This document shows, piece by piece, positions 1-25,400 of a stretch of 64,000 nucleotides of DNA. Where the stretch lies: NCBI RefSeq assembly GCF_009834535.1, contig NC_045711.1, positions 6,014,001 through 6,078,000 on the forward strand, read 5' to 3'. Numbering within the stretch: the first letter of the stretch is position 1; each line of letters opens with the position of its first letter. The notes below the pieces were generated by a model. It was not told where the DNA came from, did not search any database, and saw nothing but the letters and a program-made list of their open reading frames with translations. This DNA comes from Camelus ferus. Lineage: Eukaryota. A program made the position numbers and the translations under genes.

Positions 1-905
1 ATTTCATGAGTCCGAGTTGCTTCACATCTTCACCAGCATTTGGTATTGTCTACCTATTAAATTTTAGCATTCTAATAGGTATAATAGGTGTGTAGTGGTA
101 TCTTACTATGGTTTTAATATGCATTTCATTGATAACTAATGATGTTGAACATCTTTTCACGGACTTATTGTCAATCATGTATCTTTGGTGAAGTGCCTGT
201 TCAAATCTTTTGACCATTTAAAGGTAAGATTGTTTTGATGATTACCAAGTTGTAAAGGTACTTTTTTTTTTCCTGGATATAAGTCCTTTATCAGATATAT
301 GTTTTGTAAAGTTTTTTTCCAGTCTGTTTCTTGTCTTTTTCTTAACAAGTGTTCTCTAAGAATAAAAGTTTTTCATTTTGATGAAGAGTAATTTATTAAT
401 TTTTTCTTTGATATTTTGTACATTTTGAGTCCTATCTAAAAAAATATTTACCTAACTCAGAGCAAAGATTTTCTCCTGTGTTTTTGTCTGGTAGTTTTGT
501 AGCTGTATTTCTTACTTTTAGCTCTATGATCCATTTTGCTTTAACTTACTAAATTGTGTAAGGTAAAGAATTAAATTTTTTTTTGTTTTTGTATTTTACA
601 AATGGATATACAGTTCTACCTTATTTGTTGAGAATATTATCCTTTCTCCATTGAATTATTTTTAGAATTCTGTCAAAGATCGATTGTATATATTTTGGAC
701 TCTCTGTCTCATTGATCTATATGTCTATTTTTATGCCAATAGAACACTTTAGTGATTATTATATTTTTGTATTGTCTAGAAATTAAATATTATAAGTCCT
801 CAACTTTGTTTTTCTTTGTCACTTTTTTTTTTTTTTTTTTGGCTATCTAAGTCTTTTCCATTTCCATGTAAACTTTAGAATCAGCTTGTCAATTCCACAA
901 AAAAA
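1..905 (-). mobile_element. Old L1 (L1M-type) ORF2/3' fragment
   Basis: Typical antisense L1 text (gcatttcattgataactaatgatgttgaacatctttt; agaatcagcttgtcaatt), highly diverged. Confidence 0.8.
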
Positions 906-2230
906 CCTGGTGGATCCCTCATACCATATACAAAAATAAACTCAAAATGGCTTAAAGACTTAAACATAAGACAAGACACTATAAACTTCCTAGAAGAAAA
1001 CACAGGCAAAATATTTTCTGACATAAATCTCAGCAATGTTCTTCTAGGGCAGTCTACCCAGGCAATAGAAATACAAGGAAAAATAAACAAATGGACTTAA
1101 TTAAACATAAGCTTTTGCACAGCAAAGGAAACCATAAGCAAAACAAAAAGACAACCTACAGAATGGGAGAAAATATGTGCAAATGATACGACTGACAAGG
1201 GCTTAATTTCCAGAATATACAAACAACTCATACAACTCAATAACAAAAAAACAAACAACCCAGTTCAAAAATGGGCAGAAGACCTAAACAAGCAATTCTC
1301 GAGTGANNNNNNNNNNNNNNNNNNNNNNNNNNNNNNNNNNNNNNNNNNNNNNNNNNNNNNNNNNNNNNNNNNNNNNNNNNNNNNNNNNNNNNNNNNNNNN
1401 NNNNNNNNNNNNNNNNNNNNNNNNNNNNNNNNNNNNNNACAACAAATGCTGGAGACGGTGTGGAGAAAAGGGGACCCTTTACACTGTTGGTAGGAATGTA
1501 GTTTGGTGCAACTATTATGGAAAACAGTATGGAGGTTCCTCCAAAAACTAAAAATAGACTTACCATATGACCCAGCAATCCCACTCCTGGGCATATATCC
1601 AGAGAGAAGTCTAATTTGAAAAGATCCATCACCCCAATGTTCATAGTAGCACTGAATACAATAGCCAAGATATGGAAATAAACTAAATGTCCATTAACAG
1701 ATGACTGGATAAAGAAGTCATGGTATATTTATACAATGGAATTCCACTCAGCCATAAAAAAGAATAAAATAATGTCACTTGCCGCAACATGGACGGACCT
1801 GGAGATTGTCATTCTAAGTGAAGTAAGCCAGAAAGAGAAAGAAAAATACCATATGATATCACTCTGTGTGGAATCTAGAAAGAAAAGAAAAAAAGAAGAC
1901 ACAAATGAACTTATCTACAAAACAGAAACAGACTCACAGACATAATAAATAAACTTATGGTTAGCAAGGGGGAAAGGGGGTGAGAAGAGATAAATTGGGA
2001 GTTTGACATTTACAAATACTAACTACTATATATAAAGTAGATAAACAAGTTTCTTCTGTATAGCATAGGAAACTATATTCAGTATCTTGCAGTAACCTAT
2101 AATGAAAATGAATACATGTATGTATATGTATGACTGAAATATTATGCTGTACATCAGAAATTGATACATTGTAAACTGACTATAAAAAAAGATAAAATCT
2201 TAAAAAAAAAGAACAAACCCAAACCAAACC
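906..2230 (+). mobile_element. Younger 5'-truncated L1 (cetartiodactyl type): ORF2 end, 3'UTR and A-rich tail; contains an N gap
   Basis: ctcataccatatacaaaaataaactcaaaatgg...; ORF2 C-terminal peptide MEFHSAIKKNKIMSLAATWTDLEIVILSEVSQKEKEKYHMISL; 3'UTR and A tail. Confidence 0.9.
1307..1438. other. Assembly gap (132 N)
   Basis: N run. Confidence 1.
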
Positions 2231-3081
2231 AAAACAAAAGAACACAATACTTACTTAAAGGGTTTCTAGGAGGACTGGGGACAATGGAAACGGAGTGCCC
2301 AGGCTGTAGAAGATCTTAAATAAATAGGGTTATTGTTATGGTGAGTCCTTGGTGTTAAACAACAGTAGCATTGTTGCTTAGGGCTCCCAACGCCATATAA
2401 TCAAACTGACATTATATTCTTGAGTTCAGGGGACAATTGGCTACTCTTTTGGAGGAGCAGTAAATGTCAAAGGCTGATAGCTGTTGACATCCCCAAGGTG
2501 CGAGAGAGCCAGACTCGAGGTTACAGTGTGTCCTGCCTTTGACAGACCAATGAAGCACGTCTTCAGAATGGCATTTTGTTGGCTATTCCTGAGGTGGCTT
2601 AGGTGGCCATCTAAGGTGGCTTAAAAATCCGGAAATAACACACGCAGGGGAAAAACCAGTGCAATAATAACACATTTTCCTTCCTTACTGTTAGCTTCCT
2701 TGTTTTTTCTTTCTCTGATTCAGTGAATACCAACACAAGGATTATTAAATCTCCTGACATTTTCGTTTTCTTCCAAGAATGTATCTTCATGTCTGAGTAA
2801 TTGTCATCACCTCCCCTGATGAGGGGGGGAAGAATGGGTACGTTCTGTGAGTCACGTCCACTGATTTTCAGGCCAAAGTTTCCCAGCATTCAGTGGAAGG
2901 CCGAGTCGTGTGGCGGAAAAAGTGGTAGCTGAGAACTCAGGACACTTGGATTTGGTCTCCATCACCATTTCTGTCTGAATCTCTGTAAAAGGGGCCGATG
3001 GTTCTGCTTTAGTTTCCTCGTTTGTAAAGTGCATCAAGTCTGGCCTTGGGTATAAGCAAGCTTCGTTCGCACACCTTATAA

Positions 3082-14624
<11,543 letters not shown>

Positions 14625-15489
14625 CTCGCTGCAGCCCTGGCCTTCCACAGAACAACAAGATGAGTGGTAGCCAAGGCCATGCCCTCCCGCCTCTTCATCT
14701 TTCTGATTAGAGATCGTGATGCCCTGCTGAAAGCTGGCATCACTGAGAGAATCCCGGGCCTGCCCCCCTGCCTCGTCTCCAGCTGCCTCGTCTTCAAAGC
14801 TGTAGACCCCGGGGCCCCCATGTGGTCCCCTTCTTCATATGTCAGACACTGCAAGTGGGCATCACAAGGCAGGCTTTTTGGTTTGAGGGCAGTTTGGGGG
14901 TGGGCCCAGAGTTCATTCTGTCCTCGACTCAGCCTCCTTCCGTCCTGTCTCACAGCCTCAGTGGCAGAGCTGCGGTGCCTTCCGCTCCACACCTGCTTTA
15001 TGAACGGAGGCTCGAGAAGGAAGGCAGGCGAGAGAGGTCTTACAGTCCCGGCCCGGAGTCCAGCTCCTCTTCCCAGGGTAGCCTCCCCCACTACCGGGAG
15101 CTAGCTACATTTGCGATAGAACTTATTTCTGGAGTAAATGAAGGCTGAAGGCAGTGCCCAGTCCTTTCTGCTAGCTGGCTGGTATCTTTTATTGTGTTTT
15201 TTTTACATAAAGACTTTTTATACTGACTGATGTTCTGTCGCCTGATTTCCTGTTCAGGTCGCTGGCGTGGCTGGGGTATTCTCCTTAATGCCAAGGCCCC
15301 CATGCCACTGCCCTTCCCAGTCCCTGCCTTTTGTATTCCAGAGTGTTTCTTTTGATTCTCTAAACTCAGCCCCCGGGAGAGGCTCAGAGGCTAGTGCCAA
15401 CTGTGTCTTGGCAGCACTCCTCTTAAACATCTGGAGCAAAGCATGGGACTGAGGTCATGCCCTCCCCAGCCCAACGCAGAAACCAGCTT

Positions 15490-15923
15490 CTGCCCTCAGC
15501 GGTGCTTTATTGGTAGAAGCAGAGTGTGCTGCCCACCTGCAGGCTCCAGGGAAAGACCATGGGTGGAGTGGCTAGAGGCTGGGACTCTGTGGCCCCCGTC
15601 ATAGGCAGGGGTCAGGGACAGGCTGGGAAATAGAAGAAAGTGGCTGGAAACCTTCCAGATGACTCTTCTTGCCAGGTCCTGAAGGCCCCTTGTTTGGTTC
15701 ACAAGGCCTTGCACCTGGAGCCGATGTGCAACCTAATAGGTAAGAGGCTCCGTTAGGAGGAGGGTTCAGTGCTGCTGGGAGCCCGGCCGTCACTCCCAAA
15801 GAACCAGCTCTGAGCGATAGCCAGCAAAAGCATCAGCAGGAAACGGTGGCCCCAGGGGAGAAGGTAGCCTTGTGGTCTTCCCCAGGTTCCCCTGTCTCCA
15901 AGGCCGGAGGCTCCGATGGACTC
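15490..15923 (-). other. EPX: EPX non-coding last exon (3'UTR exon 13)
   Basis: Donor CAG|GTAAGG at 16200/16199, 11 nt after the stop. Acceptor ccacttccgcag| at 15924/15923. AATAAA at 15511-15506. The 3' end coordinate is approximate. Confidence 0.75.
15506..15511 (-). terminator. EPX polyadenylation signal AATAAA
   Basis: Minus strand reads ctctgcttctaccAATAAAgcaccg. Confidence 0.75.
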
Positions 15924-16210
15924 CTGCGGAAGTGGCACAGGTGGGCAAGTAAGGAACTTGCTGGATATCCAGACATGGAGCTGCTTTTAGGGTGTTGGAG
16001 CCTTCCTGATTGCTCCCCAAAGTCCCAGCGCCCTGGAATTAACTTGTCAGCCCAGAAGCTAGTGTCCACCAGGAAAAAATCTCTAGAGACAAGGTCTGTT
16101 GTTCTGCTTAGAGGCCTGAGAGGACTCGGCCATCCTGTCCAAGGAAGGATGTGCGGGCCTGACCTAGCACAGGGCTGTCGCAGGGGGGCCTCCCCTTACC
16201 TGCAGAAGCC

Positions 16211-16412
16211 TCATGTGCCTCTCCAGGCTGACAGGTTCAGTCTGGGGATGGAGTTACAGTTCACAAAGCCCAGGGGGTAGGTGTTGGCCTTGAAGATGTC
16301 CCTTGGAACAGTGGTGATACCAGTATTGTCACACACAATTCGAGACAAGGAAATCTGGCGAAGGGCCTGGCGCTGGCGCTTGGTGAAAACACCCCGTTTC
16401 TGCCACCAGAAC
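16211..16412 (-). CDS. EPX: EPX exon 12 (coding part)
   Basis: [69 protein letters not shown] 16213-16211. Confidence 0.96.
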
Positions 16413-19400
16413 CTACAAGACGGGGGAGAGAGGTGGGTGAAGTTCGGGGGGAATGAATAGGAAGGCGCACCCGCTGTGTGCTGGGTACTTTACATACATG
16501 ATTTCATTTGCCTGTCCAAAATCCCTGCAGGAGAGGTGTGATTCTCATCTTATAGAGGAAGAGTCAGGTTCAGCGGTCAAGTAAATTGCCCAGGATTAAA
16601 TGCACAGTAATATACATGGCCAGGGCTGGATTTGAACCCAGGTAAATGCCAAATCCAAATAAGGAGTCGGGTCTTAAACCTCAAGCTTATTGGAGGAAAA
16701 CCAGATTTAGCCTTTTCTGCTTGTTTTTGGGATCCACAAGCCTGCAACAGTGAAGCTGAGAAGTCTGTCTCCTGGGTTAAAGGTGCCTCTGCCTCAGGCA
16801 AGTGGTCTCTCTCCCTCTGACCAAGCTCTCCAGGGAGGAGCCTCCTGGTCTCAGATCTTGGAAGAGATGAACCTAAAAAGAGTACTTTCACTGTTTTTCA
16901 AAAAGTTGAAGCATAGTTGATCTACAGTGTTCTGTTAGTTTCTGGTGTACAGCTTAGTGGTTCAGATATATATATATATATAAACTTTGTTTCATTGTTG
17001 AGTCTTGGAATTCTAGTGCTTTCTGCCTGGCATCTGGGGCTGGTCCCTTTAGGGTAGGGTCACTTACCTGTCTCCGTTTCGGGCTCTTGTAAACTGGTTC
17101 TCAAAAAGACAGGCCAGAAGAGGCCCCACTCGGGCCCCTGGCAGAAGAGGCTCGGCGATGGCCCCAATCCAGATGTCAATGTTGTCAGGTGTCCCGTACA
17201 GACTCAGGAACTTCCGTGCCAGATCCCGGTTATTCAGCACCTGGCTAAGCTGCGCCAGATTCCGGGGCTGGGAGAGTCCGCAGAAGCGCCTCCACGCGTT
17301 GTACCCTGTAGGGAGAGGGGACAGAAGCCGTTTAGTCTTACCTCTGCCGGTTCCCATTAGCTTCTCTCCACGATTCCTCCCGAGAGAGCTCTGTGGTCAG
17401 GCAATATTGGGCAGAACAAAATCCCTGCTGGCAGAAGAGGCCTTGAGCTTTTCAAAGACCAAATCACTCCCCTCTAATTTTCAATGTGAGCAGACAACCA
17501 TACTTTGTGTCTATCGAACGGAGGCGTATACTAATGTAAAACACTGTTGTAACCAGCACTCACAACCACGATGATATTATTATTGGGCTCATGGCATTAA
17601 TTAGACACAAAGAAGACAGTACCCAGAACATGAAAGACTCTCAGATTTGTAGAATGAATGAATAAATGAATACATAAGTGAACAAAGAAATGAACAGCAT
17701 AGATAAAATTTATCTGCTCAGAAGAGGACCACGTGGTCTTTTTATATAAATGAATCCATTTATATAAAAGGTCCAGAATAGGCAAATACGTAGAGATAGA
17801 TGATTAGTAATTTTCAGGGGCTGGAGTGAGGATGGGAAGTGCCTGGTTTTGTTTTTTTTTTTTAACATTTTATTGTAGTATGATTCCTGTATAGTAAATT
17901 ACACATATTTCAGATGTACAATTTGATGACTTTTGATAGATGTGTACACCAATGAAACCACCACCACAATCAAGATAGCTAACATTTCCATCAGGGGAGT
18001 GCCTGTTATGACCAGGTTTCTTTTGTGAGTGATGGAAATGTTCTGATATTAAATATGAGGCACAACTCTAAATACACAAAAACCACTGAATTATATACCT
18101 TATATGAGTGAAGTTTATGATATGTTAATTCTCTCTCAATAAAGCTGTTAAAAATTTTTTCCCACCTACTCAGAAACTTACAAAGACCAGCCATACTGAT
18201 TTGTTAGCTATCAGGATCCCACACCAAGACCAAGTCATAATATGGTGGGGACCATCAAGTTAGGAGATAGCTTCTTCATAACCTAAAGAAACAGGAGTCC
18301 AAAGTCGTCCACTGAACTACAGCTCACAAATACCATCCCCCGGCTGAACAAAGGAAAACCATATGATGTTTCACCATTACTAAGCCCCGCTGTGTGAATC
18401 TCTCTCAGGACCCTCCCACTTCTGTGAGGTACTTTGTAATCTCCATGTTACCAGTGGGTATTTGCTGAGCTTGAGCAGCTGTGACTTTTCCAAGGTCACC
18501 CCCTCTATGCAGTGGAGTTCAGATCACACTTTCCAATTCCAAATTTGGTGTTGGAATTGGGACGGGATTGGAGGAGACTGCAAGAGCTAGGATCAGGAAA
18601 ATATTTCTGGGACAGCTTGGCGGGATCAAAAACAGTGTGCCAATTTGGCTGGCTAGCAATCTCACATCTCCAGCAGGGGGCGCCCACAGCGCTTTAGCTG
18701 TCCGGGGCACCCAGGTGTAGGGAAGGAAGGAAACTCAAGTTCTTGAGTGCGGCTATGTGCCTGCCAGCTGCTGTGTTAGGTGCAGGAGGAATTGCCCGCA
18801 CTTCATTATCAATGGCCACAGAGAAGCCGAGGCAGATGGGGCCTCAGGTTGTACCGAGACAGAGAAGTAGGCGATGGGGAGGGGGAGAGACCAGCAAAGC
18901 GGGGGCCAGTCTTCCCCTAACATCGTGGATTGAACAGGGGGAAGTAAGGAGGAATTTTTAACTTGACTGGAATTTCACTACTTCTTAGTTCTGTGGCATT
19001 GGGCCAAATTACTAGATTTATTTCCTCACCTATAAAAATGGCTATAACAGCTACTTCTCAAGGTCATCGGGAGGACTAAAAGAAATCCATCAAATTTCCT
19101 AGCAAAATGCCTAATTTTTCTTCTTTCCTGGGGTAGAACAGCCAAGACAGTTTTAATTTTACTCCACCTGTTCCCTGCCTCTCAGTCTCTTTGCCTTTCT
19201 CCACTTAGAGCCAAGAGCCAGCTTCTATATCCTTGCAGCTTCCTCCTTGGAACTTGCCAGGGTACTGGGGAATGGGGTAGCTCTCCCCTGCCTTTGAAAC
19301 CTACTGTTTTTTGCTACTTGGAAAGTCCTAATCTCCTTCATTCAGCTCCTGTGTCCAAGTCCTGGTCCTGTGGCGACCCTAAAGCTAGAAACCCCACAGT

Positions 19401-22400
19401 GGATGAAGAAGATACTGAAAAGGAGGTCCTCAGCCTCAGGCTTGTGTGCCTCTGAGCCACAGCATATCCCGGTGACAGTCCCAGTCAGAAAGGAACCCTG
19501 GTCAGGCAAAGCCTGAGAGGAGGGGAGGCAGCCCCCTCACCTGGGAGGCCGTGATCGCGGCTGCGTTGCATGTTGAGGGCCGCCAGGTCCAGCCCAATCC
19601 TTCTGACTTGCCGAAATAGCCGGTCCCGTAGCTCATCCACTAACATGGAGTCTTGACGGTTCAGCTTGGCAGGGGTGGCCATGAGGCCTCGGAGGATGGG
19701 GTCGATGCCACCTGGTGGTGGGAATGTGAGCAGCACAGATTGGACCAGCCTCTTGGAAGCCCCTGAATCCCATGATGCTAAACTAGCTCAGAGCTGGACA
19801 AGCCAGTCACTTAAATTCTATGATGTGTGTATCAGGAAGCAGTGACCCAGGTGGACAGGAAGGGAGCTGGAGCTGGCAGGGAAAGAAAGCACCCTCACTT
19901 CTTCTAGAAGGAGTGGAAGGAAGCTCCTTTCTTTCAGGACCACAGCCACCAGTCTGACATCAGTCTCCTCCTCTTTTAGAAATTCTCTAATCCTGGAGGG
20001 GATGGGGGCACATGACTAAGGGTCTTGGTGACACCTGCCCTGTTTTCACTGCCCGTGACCTGAGCAGCAGCCTGGCCTCCTTGCACTAAGCTGGGCCCCA
20101 CCCCGACTCCTGGCTGCCTCTGGAAAACCCAGGCACCTTCGTGCACGATTCGCCAGCTGGCGAAGAAGGCAGAGCTGAGTGGGACCCGTGAGTTGGGCGC
20201 CGAGGCCCGGTACTGGCTGTCCAGGCGGAACATGAACGGCTGGAGCATGGTGTGGCCGAAACGGAAGGCCAGGGTGAAGACGTTGGCCACCCGGGGGTCT
20301 ACATTGGAGCGGTACCCCCGGTAGGGGCCCAAGGTTCTGCTGGCCCTGGCCTGGCCCAGAACCAGAGGCAGAAAGTCCCGGTAGGTGATGATCTGGAAGA
20401 AAAGATGTCAGAAGATCATTACCTTGGTGGCCCCCACCCCACGTCCTTGCCTTGGGGCAAACCTTTTGCTTTTCGAAGCCTGCTCAGACATACCAATTCT
20501 TTATTGGCATGGTGTCAAATGTTGCCATGTTGAATTCCCATTGTCTGATGGAGATACTGAAGCCCAGAGAGGGTGGGTGACATGGTCAGGGTTACAGGTC
20601 AGATCTCAGGAACATCCCCAATCAGACCTGGCTGACTTGAGGCACATCCCTGAGGATGTATTGAGGAAGGTGGGAGTCACTCCCTCAGATGGCTTCTCTG
20701 GCCAGATTGCCTTCTAGGGGATGCTGGGACCCAGGCTCCCTACCTGGACCATGGCCCCCAAGATCTTGCGGGCCTCCTGGTACAGCTTGTCTCCACTCCA
20801 CCGGGGGTTCAGGCGTCTCAGCTCAGTAGCCAGCCGGTTGTGCTCTCGCACAAAGAGGGTGTGCATGGCTGCCAGTTTGGGGGTTTCCGTTGACCGGGTA
20901 TCACCTTGAAAATCCCAAGATCAGAGTGAACAGAGCTCTTCCCACAGAAATGTCTTTCTGCTAAGGCAGACAGAGCTCTGGGGACTAGAAAGAGGTGGTG
21001 GGACTTTGTGACCTGGGCCAAATTCCTGGCCTCACTGGACCTCCATCTCCTCAGCTGTGCGGTGAGGCTCCACCAATGACCACCCTCCTTCCCAACACAG
21101 CGGGCCAGAATGGGGAGGACTGTGGAGTCCTGGGTCCCGAAGTCCCTGGAACGGGTTTGGGCGAGGGGGGGAAGCACAGGGCAGCTGCTGGGCTTGGGCG
21201 GGAAAACCTTTGCCTAATGATTCTGCTCTGCAAGATGACCAGATCCGCAGCCAGTGAAGGGACACAGTGACTCAGGGGCCTTGCCTTTGGGACTGTGGGT
21301 CCCCCTGCCCCACGGGTTGCATCCTTCTGCACGGTCTGTCCCAGGGGCTAGGCCTTTCCCCAGCTTTGGGCTTGGTGTCATGCTGCTCTCCCCAAGGAGC
21401 CCCAGGGAGGGAGAAAAAGGGAGGGCTGGGCAGAGCCTGTTCCTGTCAGCAGACTTCCTTCCATGGGCCGGGAAGGATAGTACGTTCCCAAAGGTGGCCT
21501 TACACACAGTCACTTGCTGGCTTTGAACTAAGCTCTTTTGCACACGGTCCTATTCAAACTACTCAGTTTCAGTAGACATCTCATGAAGGTGCACGCTGCT
21601 CTTGCTGGGAACAAAGAAACATATGATCCTTAGAAAAGGGGCTTGAGATGACTCCCTGCGAGGGAAGTGGTGGAGCAGAGTGGAAAGAGCCCAGACCTGG
21701 CCACTGCACTGACTTGATTCCCACCGTGGGCTCTGCCACCTGACCCTCTGCTCTGGAGCACATCAGTTACCGTCCCTGAGTTTCTCATCTGCAAAACGAG
21801 GGCGATAATTGTGCCCTCCTTTCAGGATTGCTGTCAGGATTAGAGATGGCACATTTAAATATCTGAAACAACCAGAAGCGAGGACCATCATTATTATGAC
21901 CAGGACGGTGTGGGGGAAAACCCTCAGAAGAGTTCAAATTATGCATCCAGAAGAAGGCAGCAGGTGACAGGGTCTAGAAGCAGTGGAAGGGAAACTAAAG
22001 AGCGTAAGGGAAGTTAGCCCCAAGAAGGAAAAAAAAAAAAAAAAAAAAAGATGAAAGTAAAAACTACTTTCAGGGAATTAAAGAGGCTATTGCTATGTGA
22101 AAGAGAGCGTTTTCTCTGAGGTCCCAGAAGCATGATGAAGAGCAGCAGATAGACAGTAGATCAAAATGAGGGGGACCTTTCCGACAGCACTGCTCCAGAT
22201 GGACTTCTAGTGGGTGAGCCCATTATCACTGGAGAGAGTCAAGCTGTGATCTCTGGCCACCCTTGGGTCACTTGCAAAGGGACCCCTTCCAGCGTACTGA
22301 TTCTGTGATGACAGCGCACAGATCTGCGCTGTGGTGTGCCGAACACTGAGTTCTGGAGCCGTATACCCCATCCCGTCCCACTGTGGCTTCCCAACCTGGA

Positions 22401-25400
22401 ACCCAGGGACTGGCTGCTTCCTGGGGTGACCCCACCACCACCACCGTGTCAGACCTGCCAGGAAGCAGGGGATGCGCGCAGAGCGGTTGGTGAGGAGGCA
22501 GGGGTCATCGTGCAGGTTGTCGAAGGGCAGCAGGGCCCGCCCGTTGTCCTGGAAGCGCTGGTTGACGGCCAGCAGCCCCAGGTAGTTGGTCCGGTTGCGC
22601 AGCCGCAGGGCAAGGGAGACCTCGCTGCCGTACACCATGCTGGCGTCTACGAAGGAGGTGAGCGCGTTGATCTGGTTTCGGACTTTGTTCCTGTTTCGGG
22701 GGCAGGCGGGTGCCGAGCGGAAGAAGGGAATGCAGTCACGCTGGTTGCTGATGCGGGGGTCGTTGGGCGGGATCTGAGATGGAAGAGGAATCTGTGACAC
22801 TGGGGCTCCTCACGAACAAGCTCCCTTCTCCTGGTCATCCCCCACCTGCTTCAAAACCTTGCTCAAAACTCCCTTCTTCCAGGAAGCCCTCCTTGACTCA
22901 CCCAGACTCAAGGTGCTCACCAGGCCTTCTGAGCATCCTTAGCACTTTGTGTCATAGAGTCATGAAAGGTTAGAAATGCATGAGGCCTTAGAGCCTCATC
23001 TTAAGGATGGGGAAACTGAGGCTCAGAGAGGGGAAGTCACAACTTGTCAGCAGGAAAGGAGGGATGAGAACTAGTTCTCCCAGCACATGAGCCTGTGCTC
23101 CTTTCATTCCATTTAGTTCGACAGGTGTTTCCTAAGCACCGTTCTGTGCTGGGTGCTTCGGAGACTGGGAAAGTCACCAAAACTCAGGACAGGTTGCGGG
23201 AAGCTGGTGTAATTCAGTCAAAACAGACACCCACGTAGAGTAATGTAACTCTGAATTGAGGCAGCATTTGCTGTGCTTGGTCTAAGTCAAAAGCTAAAGG
23301 TGTAATAGGACGCTGGGGAAGGCTCCCCTGAGGACCTAGAGGAAGGAGCCAGCCAGGGCCCCCACACATCGCACCCCACACTAATAAGGGCGAGTGAGTG
23401 TGTGAGTGTGTGCACGGACCTCCCCTCCATCCCCAACAGAGGCTCTGCTCCCAGGAGTCCGTCTTTTCTTCCCCAGTGTTCCACACTATCATTGCCTCTC
23501 AGCGTGCATGGTGCTCACGGCCAGATCCCAGGAACTGGCAAGAACTGCAGGACCTCGGATCTCCCCAGGAGGGAGAGAAGGGCAAGAGCTAAGAGACTCT
23601 AAAGGCTTCAAAAAAAAGGCAGCAGCCCAGAGGCTTCCCCTGCTGGAAGCAGACCCATGGGTCAAGGCCAGTCTCAACTGCTTCCCTTCTGTGAAGCCTG
23701 CACTGAACCTCCTGGCAGGTTGCACCACCCCCACCCCTCAAACACACACAGAACCAGGAGTCTTCTTGTCTCTGTGTGATATCCCAGCATCACAGGCAGT
23801 TTCTTAATGCTCCAGATTCCCAGTCCCAGCTCTTAAACTTAAACTTAAACCTTAAGCCTATAACACCATCACCTGGGGGTGGAGGCCACACCAGGGGCCC
23901 GGGAGATTAGGGGAGGGTACCTTGATGGGGAAGCAGGGAGGCAGCTGGGCACAGGTCCTCTCACAGTCAACGCCTGCAGTGAAGGCCACCCTGGCTGGGG
24001 ACTCGGGGGCGAAGTCCAAGTCGTGGTCGATGAACTGGCCCCACTGCATGAACATGAGGGACCGGCCCCGGTCGGAGGTCAGCCTCTCGCTGGGGAAGCG
24101 CACGATCTGGTTGGAGACTGCCCGGACCTGGTGGGGAGGTAAGTCAGTGTGGGGCGTAGGCTCCTGACCCCTTGGGGTGTCAGAGCCAACCCAGGACTCG
24201 GGATGGCAGGTCACCCCTGCTGGAGTTAGCGTATTTTTGCGTCCTCTCCAGCCCTCCTCTCCCCTTTCCTGCTCAGCCCCACCTCCTGTGTTGCTGTCAT
24301 TCCTACAAGAATGATCTCTGGCCTGGCTCCTGACGATTCCAGGAGTAAAAGGAGGGGGAGGGGCCAGGTTGGCTGGCTCAGACCCCACCTGCTCCCCCCG
24401 AGAGGCAGATAGATCAAACTGATAGAACAAGTTATAGACTCGTGGATAATTAGATGGTAGAATTGATCGACAGATGCAAGGACTGGTTGCTAGGTGATGG
24501 ATAATAAATATGGAGAGAATTGGATAGATGGAAAGATCAATGGAAGAAAAAATAGTAAATAGATGTTGATAGATGGGTTGATGATAGATTGTTCTATTAC
24601 CATATGAATAGAAAATGGATAAACTGTTAAATGTGAAACAGTTTAGGTCCATAGCTAGAGCTACATTAAGGTGCATTGTTCTTTAGTTTAGCAAGGTACT
24701 TTGATGCTAATTTTTCCGGAAAAAAACGATACTGTAATGGCTGGCGTTACTTTATCACATCTTATATGGATGTTTATACCAAGGACTTTATTGAATAGTC
24801 ACAACAGCAATAGGAAGTAGGTTTTACTGCCATTTTACAGCTGAGGAAACTGAGACATAGCTGGAGTCACCCAGCCCGCCAGCCATAGAGCCCGGATGGG
24901 AGACCTGGCAGGCTGACTGTGGGCTGTGCTTTGACTCCCTGCGTTTAGAAGAGATGGGGCATCCTCTAGACCCTCAGCCCTGACTCACAAGAGGGAGGAG
25001 GAAGCCGTTGCGCCTCTTGCCGGGGGTCCAGCCGAAGGGGAGCGACACCCCGTCCTCATACTGGGCTGGCAGCCAGCGAGCCAGGGCCTGGTTGGCGGCC
25101 CCCAGCAAGGGTCTCCTCCTGCGACGGTGGGTGGGCTGGGGTCAGCAGGGCTGGGAAGGAGGGGAGGGAGCGGGGCAACCCCAGGCCAGGTGCCGCCCCA
25201 GGCACCCACCTGTTGTTGCATCTCCCGGTGATGGTGCGGTACTTGTCGCTGCACTGCTCAGCCTCATCCCGGACGGCGCAGCCACTGGCCTGGGACAGCA
25301 GCCGCAGCTGGGGTGCCGTTAGCACGTCTGGAGGTGGGGGGGCAGCGGGCAGGGTTCTGGCTCCTTCTTGAGCTAGTCTGTTCTGTACCTCCCACCCCTT

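Noticed and set aside
906-2230. Single L1 with a 5' inversion spanning 1-2230
   Set aside because: The minus-strand part (1-905) is far more diverged than the plus-strand part, so these are two insertions of different age.
23858-24676. 272-aa minus-strand ORF as a novel protein
   Set aside because: It is EPX exon 6 plus in-frame intronic sequence.
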